This document shows, piece by piece, positions 25,984 to 39,300 of a stretch of DNA of 64,000 nucleotides (the stretch's first letter is position 1; each line of letters begins with the position of its first letter). A program made the position numbers and the translations under genes. The stretch is from the human T2T-CHM13v2.0 reference genome, Homo sapiens, in NCBI RefSeq assembly GCF_009914755.1, contig NC_060935.1, one strand, 5' to 3'. A model generated the notes under the pieces. That model was given only the letters and a program-made list of their open reading frames with translations. It made no database searches and was not told the origin of the DNA.

Positions 25984-28600
25984 CAGTCACATTTTCACCT
26001 AAATATTCAGTAAAGTAGTAACTAAAAAAACTTAATTACCATTGATAAATTTTATATTGCATATTAGGGAAAAAGAAGAAGGGAAATATGCAATGAAATA
26101 CATACTAAATAAATAAAGAATAACATATTTTTTGTACCAGATGTTTTTATTTATGTGACTGGTCATTATTCCTCCACAAACTGTATCATATCCTTTGCCC
26201 TGAAGCCTCAGGGTGAAAGAATCTGGGGTCAAGATTCTTTTTCTGGTAGAGTGAACTAAAACTTCATTTCTGAAGGGTCTGAGCCCTCTGCAGCCCTGAC
26301 TTCAGGACCTAATTTTTCATTAACTTTTACTAATTGATTTTGAAGTAGTGAGAATCCTTTAGAATTCCCAGAGTTCTAGACATAGTCTTTCTTTCTTCCT
26401 TTTTTTTTTTTTTTTTTTTGAGGATTAATTATGGCACTCTGCAGACCACTGGATTTCTAGAAAGTGGACCAAGGTGGTGAATTTATGCATTCTCATAGAA
26501 TTTATCTCCTACTCTTTGGAACAATTGTGTTTTATTAATGTATCTTTTATATGTACTCTTTTCTGCTCACCAGGTCCAATCTGTGAGACATCAAGACTAC
26601 CAAAGTTCTTATGGTTTTTATAGATTGTTTTCTGGAGAATAGAAGAGTTAAATAAACAAATATACCCCTGAGGTGACCAAGATAGCCTAACAGTCCCCTC
26701 AGCTTGACTAAAATTTTGGACAGGTTTCTTCTTGACTATAGGCACCTAACCTCCATTTTCTTAGAGCATTTACTTTAGAAAACTTGCAATTGTAAATTCT
26801 CCCTCTATTCCTTTGAGATGGACAACTCAGGAATGCCTTTATCAAGGACCTGAAAATGGACTCTTTGAAATGCAGTCATCAAGAATAATAGAGTTCTTAT
26901 TTCCCAGTCTCTGTGGGAGGGTAGAAGTCTAACTATGATAAGCACCAGTTAGCAAACACAAGTGGCCTAATTACAGCGACCAACATCCTCCCTCACCCCC
27001 CAACACATACAAACGACATCCTCCAATACTTTCCCATTAGCTTATTCCAGCATTTAAAAACCCTTCAGCCTCTGTTTCAGTGGAGTTGAGTTTAATTTCT
27101 CTCCCATTTTGCAATAGGCTTGAGTAAAGTCTTCCTTGCCTTTTAAAACCCCATCTGGTGCATTTTTTTTTTTTTTTGATAGAGGCAAAACAATGAATGT
27201 GTATTCCTGTCTCTGCCAGATGAAAATAAACTTTTTGTGGTTTGTCTTGGGAAACTGATATTTTAAAAAGCATTTTTTAGGCTAACAGGTAAATGTATCA
27301 GGTGCCAGGACCTATGTTGATTTTCTTCCCGGGAACCTACCATATTTGAAATAGCAGCTGAATTTGAGTTTGCCAGGTGATTTAAAGAATTCACTGTTAA
27401 AACTACTGTTATGGATAGAACAAATAGACAAATAATATGAGTTAGTGATAAGAATCGTTTCTCTTTCATCTTTCAAGACTTTGATGGTTGTACTAATTGC
27501 AGCAATTTCTTCAGAGATGACATTGTGTTTGTGGCTTCCTGGATGGAGGGAAAATTAGGACTTTTAACTTGAACCTTTCTACAACAATGGCTCTTACTAC
27601 ACTCCATTTGGCCAGTCACCAAATATGAAAATTGAAGTCATAAATTCAGGAACTGGAGAAATGGTGCACAATGATTTTGTGGAATTACTGTTCTCACTGT
27701 GAGACTCGGCCAAAATAACTTTTATCACCCGTCCCCAGTATCTCCTCACTTTGCTGGTGAACATCTCTGATGTTTTTCTTACTCATATGCTAGAATAAAT
27801 TCAGAGTTAGCATCCAATAATTCCTGAAATTTCTTTTCTTTTCTGGAGAGTCACTTCAAACAATAGCCGTAGGTCTCTTCTGTGCAAGCCTGGATATTTA
27901 CAGTGTTCTTGGGCAGCATCGCAGGCACTTTCCTTAAGGGGATTCTGCTAAAATGGGTAACTGAGCTACAGGCTGTGAGTCTCCATTATAGTACACACTT
28001 GAAATGGAGCTCCTCAGGTTACCTGGATCAAATAATAGTTTAGTCATATTCCTACCAGTTTTCTTTCTAGGGATAATGTGAACAACTTTCCATAACCAAA
28101 AGTCCAAGACCATAGGTCAAAACCTTTTGATTCTCACTGTGATTTTATTTCCTATTATGTCAATTCTGCGTCCTTTGCCTCTGGAGTTGCGTACTGACAT
28201 GGAGCTTGTACCATTCTGAGATGCCACTATTCTCATTACAATCAGAATGCTGGTTACAATGGCAGCATCTCCTAACATCATGCCCGCGCTCATAGAACAG
28301 CAACTACACAGCTTTCCAATGCATGCAATACTTTTCTCACTAAGAAATTTGTCAATTTCTCAATGCCTTAGTCAACCAGGCATCCTAAGGTCCCTCTAAA
28401 GAGAGCACAGTGGGATGTAAATGTTTACATTGTACACGATAACTTTGTTACAACATTACGTTCTTCCTAAGCCTTTTATTCTTTTACATAAATTCAGGTA
28501 GTAAGCTTCTAAAAATAATGCATAGTTTTATAGTATACTGTTGGTGAAAACTTGAATATTCATTTGGGAATACTGAGTGATGGATTTTGTTCTTGTGTTC
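25984..28600 (-). mobile_element. Ancient ERVL/MaLR-like internal fragments (interrupted by the LTR at 26669-27181)
   Basis: Continues the sequence left of the L1; degraded gag/pro-like content at 27480-28500; no intact ORF. Confidence 0.45.
26669..27181 (+). mobile_element. Solo ERV1-class LTR (MER31/MER67-like; subfamily uncertain)
   Basis: Starts TGAGG; CAGCTTGACTAAAATTTTGGACAGG and CATTTACTTTAGAAAACTTGCAATTGTAAATTC; GAGTAAAGTCTTCCTTGCC polyA-signal region. Confidence 0.65.
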
Positions 28601-28769
28601 AGTACAAACTCAATTTAGTGTATGGGGTGTGGGACTTATCAATAAAGTTGTACTTGCTTTGATCTGTGTCAGCTGTACATTATTAAATAGTCATCCTTAC
28701 ATCTTTTTATTTTTGCTTTTGCATCTCTAGACCTTAAGTTTCAAGAAATATTAATCCACTTTCTCAGTG

Positions 28770-28807
28770 ACACACACACAGACACACACAAGCACACACA
28801 CACACAC
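28770..28807. repeat. Imperfect (CA)n microsatellite
   Basis: Seen directly. Confidence 0.9.
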
Positions 28808-30599
28808 TTTGTCTATCACCTGATAATAGGCTGTCTAAAATTGTTTCAATCCTTTTCTTATCTAAGAGTTTCATCACTCCTAAATAATTGAGAACATCTC
28901 AAGAACAAATTTTTTTCTTATGCTTTTTTCTTTGCCTTTCATAGCATTTAATGCAATGCTGAGGACATATTTGACACCCAATATTTGTTAAATAAGTCAT
29001 TGATAAGACACCTGACACTGTGCAATAAAAATCTCCTTATTTTATCAATATCCATTTTAGTGTCTCAGGAACACCATTTAGAAGTATTGTGCATAGGCTG
29101 GGGCAGCAAATATTTCTTTAGCAACTCGCTTTACTATCCTGAGGCAAATAAAAATGGCTTCTTGCCCATTTTGAAGTAGGGAGTACTTAGTTTTCATATT
29201 TGCAGATGAAAACAAAGCAGGAAACAGATGCTAATCCAAGAAAAGTTCTGTGGGCATTTGCATTCAGTTTGAGTAAATGTAATTTATGTTTGGATATTTC
29301 ATTTATGGTCTATTTTGGATACACATTTGGATTTCTAGTTACCACAACATACATTGAATTGTAAAGAGATGGGAAGTTTGAATGTAACAGATGGTAAATT
29401 AAGCTCTAAAATAAAATAGATGGATGTTAATGTTAGGCATTGTTTTTATTAGGGCTGTTTAAATTTCTACACCCAGTGACTTTTTGTCAGTGTTAAAACT
29501 CAATGGCAAATAGGAGACGCTTTAAAAGGTGATTATAAGTGTATATTTTAATATAATTTGGTTTTAATTTTTAAAAATTACTTTAAAATTATGCATGCCT
29601 GTCATTAAGCCATTCAAATAAGATAACACGCAAAGGAGAAAATATAAATGTCACTAAGTTGCATAATTCAGAAAGCACCACTGCTAATATTTTGGTGACT
29701 ATCCTTCCAAACACATCTCTCTGTAAGCATATACAAATAAGTATTTACAAATAATTCTACATAAAATAATGTTATATATGATACTTTAACTTCCCTTTAA
29801 CTCAATATGTCATTATTGGTTCCATTCCCCTGGTTTTGGTTCCATTCCCCTGGTCTCTTTCTGTATTAATGAATAGGGGAACATCATTGCATCTAATATT
29901 TGATTAATTTTTCATTGTACTGAAGAAGGATTCTAATGATAGACATATATGTTGTTTCCTTTTTCTACTATAAAGACTGTGGTAGAAAAATTTTTGTTCA
30001 AATGTAAGTTTTTCATCTTGTCCTATTCTTAGTTCATTCATTCATTCAGCAGATATTAGCCTCTACCATGCATTGGTCACTGTTTGAGATACTGTGGCAG
30101 AATAGTAATCTAAATATTTGCCTTTAGTGGATTAACATTATGCATGCGCTTTATATTCTTAAACTGTCCTACAGACATATACTAATGTAGACATCTACCA
30201 ACTTTACAGGATAGTACCTGTTTACCCTAAACAATTCTAGGATTTGTAAAATATCTAAATCCTTCCAAACCTGATGGGCGAAATGTGATCTCTCAGATAT
30301 TTAGTCACATTTCTTTGATGGATGTTGAATACATTTTTATGGGTATATTATTCATTTGTATATCTTTTTTGTGTGTTGCATAATCACATACTTATATTAG
30401 GACATTTTAGGTTTTTTCCTTACTGGATTGGTAAGAAATCTTTGTGTGTAAATATAAATAGTTAATTTATAAATTTATAATTTATAAATCTATGCATTAA
30501 ATTAAAAATTAAATAAAAATAAATATAAATTACAAAATAAATATAAATTTAAAATTATAAAAAATTATACATTTATAAATTATAAATAGTAATTTCCTC

Positions 30600-31180
30600 T
30601 AAGTTATATTTTCTACAAATATTATTGAACATGATATGAATGGAATCATACTATATGTAGTTTTTCAACATCTGGCTTATTTCACTCAACATTATGTTTG
30701 TGAGATTCATCTATGTTCTTGCTTTTAGCTGTAGTTTATTCAATTTATTCATTGCCATATACATTTTTAATGAACATAGTTCTATGTACTACTAAAACTT
30801 ATCTCCCTATTCTGTTCTTGGTAGGCATTTCAGTTGTTTCTAGTTTTTGGCTATTACATATAGTGCTGTTATTATTATACTTGTTTATGTCTTCTGGAAA
30901 ACATTGGCTCACATTTCTGTGGTTACATACCTAAGAGTAAAATTGCTGTGTCATGGGAATTGTCATTTTCAGTGTTCAGAAGAAGATCGTACCAAACAGT
31001 TTTCTGAACTGGTTGTTCCAATTTTTGTTTGTAACAACTATGTATATGAGTTCTGGTTTCTATCTTTTTTTTTCTTCTTTGAAACAACCTGGTGGATATA
31101 TAATGGTTTTGCATTTTTTCAAGTTAGTATTCCCTGATAGTTAATGATATTGAGCACCTTTTCATGTGTTTACTGACCTT
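30600..31180 (-). mobile_element. Old L1M (L1MC/ME-like) 3' region
   Basis: TGGAATCATACTATATGTAG...CTGGCTTATTTCACTCAACATTATGTTTGTGAGATTCATC; GAGCACCTTTTCATGTG. Confidence 0.75.
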
Positions 31181-31504
31181 GAAAACTTCAAAATACAGAT
31201 TCTCAGGTCCCTTTACAGTCCTGCTGTAACAGAATAGGCATAGAACTCAGAAACCTGCATTTTTTAAAGTTCCATAAGCTATCATCATTCAGACAGTTTC
31301 TGAACATGAATGCAATTTTAGAATGGGTAGACTAGCCAGCTTGTATGGTAGCTAAAACAAAGAGAAAAATTTAGTATTTCTTATCTGACATGGAACATAG
31401 TAGAATTTCTCTCTCTTTTTTCCTTCCTTCCTGTCTTTATTTTCTTGTCCTCCTCCTCTCGCTTCTTAATTATCTGCTTGTTTTAGAGAAATACAAAAAT
31501 ATGA

Positions 31505-31940
31505 AGGATAATGACATTCTGTCATATGCTGCAACATGAATAGAATTGGAGGTCTAATTATGTTAAGTGAAATAAGCCAGGCACAGAAAAAGAGAAATAT
31601 TGCCATTCTCATCTCATTTGTGGGAGGTAAAAAAGTGGATCTCATTGAGTTAAAGAGTAGAATGGTGGTTAGCAGAGGCTGGGAAGGTGGGGGTGGAGGT
31701 AGGAAGAGAGGTTGCTTAAAGGGTATAATATAATTAGAAGCAATAAGATTCTGCATTTGATAGTATATGGTATAGATAACAATAATGTATAGTTCAAAAT
31801 AGCTGGAAAAATTAGAATGTTACCAACATATAGTGAAGACATATGTTTGAGGTGATGGATATCCCAATTAGTCTGATTACATATTGTATGTATGTATCAA
31901 AATATCATAGGTACCCCTAAAATATGTGTAACTATTATGC
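31505..31940 (+). mobile_element. L1MA 3' end
   Basis: ATGTTAAGTGAAATAAGCCAGGCACAGAAA...GAGGTGATGGATATCCCAATT...AATAAAAA. Confidence 0.85.
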
Positions 31941-32664
31941 ATCAATAAAAACAGAAATAAATTGATCTAGTACATGTTCTCTATGACAGAAAAAGGAAAA
32001 AATTTTCATCATTTTATTTTATCAACTTCTACTGACAGTTGAAACCCTACCTAATTTATGCAATTTTAAATATTCTGCTGCAGACAAGTTCATGAATGCT
32101 TTAGAGATAATACATGTTATTTATTTAGTACAATTTTAGAGTAAATATTATGAATGGGACTTCCAAATTATGGTGCCAAGGTTTAATGAGGTGTAATTGC
32201 AGGTCTTAAGATATTTGTATGAGGAGAAAAAACTTAGTGTACACCATCAAAGTGTTTTATGTATGATGATGACTGACACAACCCATTATGGAATTTGAAT
32301 AAGTTTAATTGTCCAAGAAAAATAATTGAAAATAATCCTTTAGATGTCAAAATATAGCAATTTATCATATGACTCTGTCAGTTCTTATTTAATGTCCTTC
32401 CTGGTTATAGACATGCTTTTCTGGTGGCTCATTAATTATGTCACCAGGAAAACAATATTTTTAGCACTGTTAAAGAAGAAACCTTTACTCTCAGTGTGTT
32501 GAAATATAAATTGCACAAGAGCATTGGCATTAAAACAATGTAATATAATCAGCATGACCTAAGTGCTTGGCTAATTAAAGGGTAAAGTTGAAAGTAGACA
32601 TGAGCAATGATAATTTATCAGTTCTATTTCTGAATATTTCCATGAAGTTTAGTTATATTTTTAG

Positions 32665-32963
<299 letters not shown>

Positions 32964-33145
32964 AGAAATCTTCTTTAATTACTATTCAATATGGCATTTA
33001 ATGAAGGATATACCAATAATAATAATAATTCTACTATTAAGGAGCATATTGCACCTTATACCTAAAAACAAGAGGAATAGGGCCAAAGAGAAACAAATGA
33101 ATAGAAAAATAATAAAACCTGAATTTAGATTAGTACAGATTAGTA

Positions 33146-33471
33146 CATTCAACCTTTTGTATCCCCAGGTCCTGCATCCGAGGATTCAACCAACTGCGGA
33201 TTCAAAATAGTTGGAAAAAGGAAAAGCAATAAAAATCTTGCTAATAAATAACCCAAAACAGTATAACACTATTTACATAGCATTTACATTGTATTAAGTA
33301 ATATATGTAACCTATAGATGATTTAAAGTATATTGGAGGATGTGCATAGGTTATATACAAACATTACACCTTTTTAAACAAGGGACTTGAGCCTTTGCAG
33401 ATTTTGGTATCCGTGGGCCATCCTGCAACCAATCTCTTCCCCCGACCCCCCCGGATACTGAGGGACAACTC
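33146..33471. mobile_element. MER2 (Tigger-derived non-autonomous DNA transposon)
   Basis: TA flanks; terminal inverted repeats CATTCAACCTTTTGTATCC / GGATACTGAGGGACAACTC; internal TATTTACATAGCATTTACATTGTATT. Confidence 0.88.
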
Positions 33472-34958
33472 TATATGCTTCTGTACAGTTGCTAGAAGTG
33501 AGAAGCAAATTTGGCTTTAAAATTTATCAGGCAAAACAAAGATGGAATAAAATAATTTCTAAGGTTTAGAATATCCATAAATTAAAACCAATCAGTTTAT
33601 TAGAAAAGCATCACTTCTCTTGTCCCTGACAGATGCAGGATTATCTCTGAGTGAGCTGTTTATTTAAATAGTTTAAAGATATTGAGAAAAAGCTCAATTC
33701 AGTTAGAGCAGTTATTTAAAGGGCCAGAACAATGTGGTGCACGTTCTCCAGTCTTGAAGATTGATGTTGATGTTCAGTGCCAATTTAGAATAGATGAAGA
33801 AGTAGACGGACTGCCTGCTCTCAGACCAACATCCATAAACAACGTGCCTGCATTCTGGCTTTTGATAAGGGTTAAATTGCAGATAACTCGGGGTTACATT
33901 TTTCTCACAAGAAACTGGGGTGCAAATATTCTGTATAGTGTATAAAGGGATTACCTATATGCTTTGGTAATTAGCTGGGAAAGGGCTGATTTAAAGTGTT
34001 CCTAAAAGAAATGAAGGGGGCTAATAGCCATTTGCCTGCATAGATGATGCCTCACTTCCTCATGGAGGTGGTTAAAGGTGTACATGTAGGTAGAACCACG
34101 TGTAGAGTGTAAAGATACTAGAGTATAATGGTAGCACCTAAAATATTCTGTTACAGCAAACTTTAGAGACAGAATTTTAGATTTCCAATTTACAAAATTA
34201 CAAGGGTTACAAGACTGCTTTTTCTTAGTATCTGATTCATTTGGATGAAGGTATGAATCTGAATAGTCTACTCTACATGGTTATGGGATTCTCTTTTCTG
34301 ACTTTGATTTAGAGAGGAATAAAGGCTTTCTATTTTTATTTTTTTACAAAAGAGTCTTTCCATCTGCACAGGAGGCATTTTCCTGTTTTTTCTTTTGAGT
34401 GTTTTTTGCTTTTGCTTTATGAATACCACTTGAAAAGTGATAGGATATAAGACATCCTCTTTCATCTGCAAAGAAAAATTTCTTTACTGCCTCAGGAGCT
34501 CAGTTGCCATTTTCTATTTCTACTTAAATCCTTTTTTATTCTGTATCATCCTATCACACTTAAAGTCTTGCATTGGACTTTAAACTTGTTTTATTGTTGG
34601 TTGGATTAGAAACAGCCCTTAAGAGCCTCCTGCTGTAAACGTCCCTGCGAGTTCAGACTTTCTTCTACATGGTTCCTAGGGTGAGGGGAAACTTAGAACT
34701 CTCTTGCTTTTTCTCATCCAAATTTTGTTCCAAGATGGAATGAATATTAATGTTTGGTTCTATAGAATTTCCAGAACTAAAAAAAAAACAACAAAATCCC
34801 CCTAAAAACTCCAAAATGATTACTTAAAAAATCTAACAAATTCTAAAATGCAAATAATTTTTCCTATTAAGGACCATATAATGAATAAGTAGCAAGATCA
34901 ATAAAAAGAAGATGAATTACAGCAATTTTCTTTTTTTCTTTAAGAAATACAGTGGGAA

Positions 34959-35254
34959 TCCCGGGCGTGGTGGCTCACGCTTGTAATCCCAGCACTTTGG
35001 GAGGCCGAGGTGGGCGGATCACGAGGTCAGGAGATCGAGACCATCCTGGCTAACACGGTGAAACCCCGTCTCTACTAAAAATACAAAAAATTAGCCGGGC
35101 GTGGTGGTGGGCACCTGTAGTCCCAGCGCTGGGGAGGCTGAGGCAGGAGAATGGCGTGAACCCTGGAGGCGGAGCTGGCAGTGAGCCGAGATTGTGTCAC
35201 TGCACTCTAGCCTGGGCAACAGAGCGAGACTCCATCTCAAAAAAAAAAAAAAAA
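34959..35254 (+). mobile_element. AluY
   Basis: CpG-rich; GAGATCGAGACCATCCTGGCTAACACGG and AATGGCGTGAACCC diagnostic positions; A tail. Confidence 0.95.
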
Positions 35255-36379
35255 TACAAGGGGATTTTTTTGTATTTTTTATTTACCTGATCTATGGATT
35301 TGTAGCCTTTTAAAGACCATTTTTTAGATGAAGGAAAATAAAAAACTATTGATTTTATCCTTTTTTTCATAAGTGTATGTCTTTATAAGCAATGAGGATG
35401 ACAGTTTAGTTAAATCAATTTCTATGTAAACTGACTAGATATCTGATAAAAAGTAACACACGTTTATTATATTAATAATGTATATCATAATATGTAATAT
35501 ATATTAACAATTATTTCTTAGCCAAAGCAATATAGACTATATTAGACTTTGCAGTTCTCACTACATTATAAGAATTTTCAGTTTCTTAGGTGTATTGATC
35601 ATCCTGTTAACTTTACTGACTTAGCAGATAGAAGCTCAGTGGTAGAAGTCTTTTCTAGTCCATCTTTAGGAGCCATTCTTGTTCACTGCTGGTTTTGGTG
35701 TGAGGAAAGTGAAGATCCTATTTGTCTTAGTCTCCTTTTCTTCATGCCTTATAAAAAGAAGTGTCGATCTGGAATTTCTTCATTTCTAGGGCACTTGTTC
35801 TACCCAAATTTTAAAGGTGTTGCAGTCTTAAAGTTACAAATAAGATTTTATGAGACAATCATTTTCCCTCTTCCACTGATTCATGCATTGTGGGTGTTCC
35901 ACTTGAATGGAAATTTCAGAGAGTAGGGTTTAGGCATTGGTGGCCAAAACAGCAGCCTTAGGGCCTACTTTGGTTTATGATGCTGCTTATACTTAAACAA
36001 AGAAGCTTTCTACATAGTCAGCCAAACTACTAGAATTTTAAAATAGAATATGGTTCAAACATTCCTCTGATAATAATATTTCTTTCTGCTTTGGTTTGCT
36101 TACTATATGAATGTATCATCATTGGGGATTTTGGAAGAAGAGGGATGAGATGGTCAAGGCAGAGTTTTAATATTCCTGGGTCCCCAACTTAGTTCATCTT
36201 AATAGTATGCTTTAATTTTACTCCATTATAATGAATTGTATTAGGTGGTAGCATGAGTTTGCTCTTCTTCTGAGCCAACTTCTTACTTAGTTATAACTGG
36301 ATTGAAGTTAAGAAAGTGTTTTTTAATAGGTATGATCACTTACATTGATTAATTATATTGGTTGAATTTTGTAAATTAT

Positions 36380-39300
36380 AACTATAAAACCAAAATCAGA
36401 TAAGTAAGGAGATTGATTTTGTTCAGGCTTTTGTAGTAAAGAGAAAATCTCAGATCCAACAATCAGAGTGTCTCAGCAGGGTGGTTTTGCATTAGATTTT
36501 TATAAGGAGGGGTAAAGAAGTAGGAGATGGGGAAATTTATATTTGGGGCTATTTTTCAAGAAGGGGAAGTCTCAGTAAGTTATTTGAACAGGAAGTGTTT
36601 TACTTCGTGTTTAGGGAACAAATATTTCTAAACTTACCGACTCAACCATGACATGCCATTGTAATCTTAGCTAATCAATTATGAGACAAAGTATGGGAAG
36701 TTTGAAAGTGTACCTCAGGCCTTAACAGTAGGTTCAGGGAAAAGAAGATAGAAATGTATTGGCCTCATTTTTCCCCATTCTTTTGTTCAAGACAAAAGTT
36801 GTCTTAAAACAATCTTAGGCATAAGAGTAATTTCAGTAGGGTTTTATATCAAGGTTTTATATTATAGTCCACAGAGTCAGCAGTTTCTTGCTAGCTCTGT
36901 TCTTGGAGAACTAACTCAACCATCTGTTATGACGTGAAGGATGTCTGGAACTCAGAAAGGGTTCTGATTGCACAGCATTTAATTAGGTGCATACCTATAA
37001 GAATAAGCAGAAAAATATTTATTAGAGATTGTCTTAAGGAGTAAGATCAAGACTTAACAGCCAGTTGGCAATGAGTCTAGTGGATTCTAGGAGATGGACG
37101 TGGAAAGGTCCTTCGATGATAGAATAACAACTGTGGTGGTGATGCAGCAAATTTTTTGGTTAGTATATAAAGTATTCTTGGTGTGATGTAGAGGTCAGAG
37201 AATTTTTTGTGAACAACTGTGGCAAAGCCTTTGCTTCTGACCATAATACATGTTCTCTTTCTGGATGCTCAGATTATCTGAAGTGCTGGTTGGTTGTGGA
37301 GACCTGCACATTGAGGCTCTTGAAGTTAGGGTGAGGAAGTCAGTATTCTTTGTCACATTGTCCAGAGTTATAATTATCTCCTCTAATGGGGCATGGGGGA
37401 TGCAAGAGTTTTATTTTACTTCTTGAGTAGTTCATATTACAATACTGCAGCTGCTCCATGTCCAATGGGGGTCCAAATATGATTGGATGCAGCAGTCAAT
37501 TCTTCTCAAGCACTTAGCTTCCTTTTTGCAGATGTCTTCAGATCCAAAGTGAAGAAAAGACTGCAGCCCATATTTAGTGTCAGTCTTCATATTTGTGTAC
37601 TGTTGAGACTGATGATAGGGCAGTAAAGGAGATAGACACTAATTTAAATAGTTTAAAAGGGAATTGAGTTAAAGATCTGATAAGAACTGGCAGCATTGAT
37701 TAAATAACATAAGTCTGTTCAGTTTTCTGAAGTGAAAGTACATTCAGTTTCCACAAATGAAATAGGTGTCTTTTAGAACTATCAAAAGGGGAGGGAAGTA
37801 CTTGTTTGCTATAGACTATGTTTTCTACTATATGGCTGTAATATGCTGATTGGGCGTTTTCCATATGTAATGTTTTAGTACCTTCTGTTGGCAACACCCC
37901 ATGGTGGAGTTGTTTGATATAAAGTTATATCTTCTGTGAAAAAAATAATGAATATTACAAGTAATTGTAATCAGAGTTGGCAGCATGAAAGGTGTATTTG
38001 CAGAAACAAGAATTGAGAAATAGGTCATCTGTAAAATTGCGGGAGAAGCAAACACCACCTCTTCTAAAAGTGGTCCAGATTGAATTTAGATCTTCATTTA
38101 ATCTAAATAAACTATAAGAAGAGTTTCCCAACATTGTGTATGGGAAAACAGCTAAATTAATAGCAGTAGAGGTTTTAAGGATGAGAAGAGGAATTTTGGG
38201 AAAGATGGTGGAACCAAGAGAAAAGGGACAACAAAACCAACACTTACAGGAAAGATTACAAGACCAATCAGTTCTGCGGATACCATTCAGATGATTTTGA
38301 GGTCCTAAATATTTGTAGGTAAATGAAGAATATAGAAAAAGGAAACAGTAGGGAAAGCCAAAAGGAAAAGGAAAGGACATTAATCAAGGAAGTTTTGAAA
38401 CCAATGAATGATAGAAAATTAAAAGAAGTTAGTCTCTAAAAAATATAGAAGCAACCAATAAGTACATGAAAAGTCATACAATATTATTAGTTATTAGGAA
38501 AATGCAAATGAAAGGCACAATGATATACAACCTCACACCTAGTAGGATAACTATAATTTTAAAAGACAGGTAACAAGTATTGGCAAGGATGTGGAGAATT
38601 TGGAACCTTTTTACATCGCTGGCAGCTATGTTAAATGGTCTCTCTGCTTTCGAAAACCATTCGACAAATCCTCAAAAAGTTAAACTTAGAATGACCATAT
38701 GATCCAGAGGTGCTGCTTATAAGTCCCTATCCAGAAGAATTAAAAACATATATTGATACAAAAACATATACACAAATTTTCATACTGACATTATTCCTAA
38801 TAGCTCAAAAGTGGAAACAAACCAAATATCCATGACTGACAAATGGATATCCAATATGTATGTCCATAAAATGAAACATTACTCATTTATAAAAAGGAAT
38901 GAAGTGCTGATTCATGCTACAACATGGATGGACCTTGAAAACATATAAAGGAAGCCAGACACAAAATGCCACATATTGTATAATTCAATTTATATGAATT
39001 GGCCAGAATAGGAAAATCTATAGAGACAAAAATTATATCAGTAGTTGCCAGAGACTGGGTGGGGTGGGGTGAGGGGAGTGGGGAGTAACTGCTAATGGGA
39101 ATGGAGTTTTTTCTAAGCTAATAAAAATATTCTGAAATTAGATTGTCATGATGGTTGCACAACCTTGTGAATATACTAAAGCTCACTGAATCATATACTT
39201 TAAAAAGGTGAACTTCATGGTGAATTATAGCTCAATAAGAAAAATAAAAGAAGGATGATGAGTAGGTTACAAAGGAGGTTTACAGAAGAAATTAAGTATA

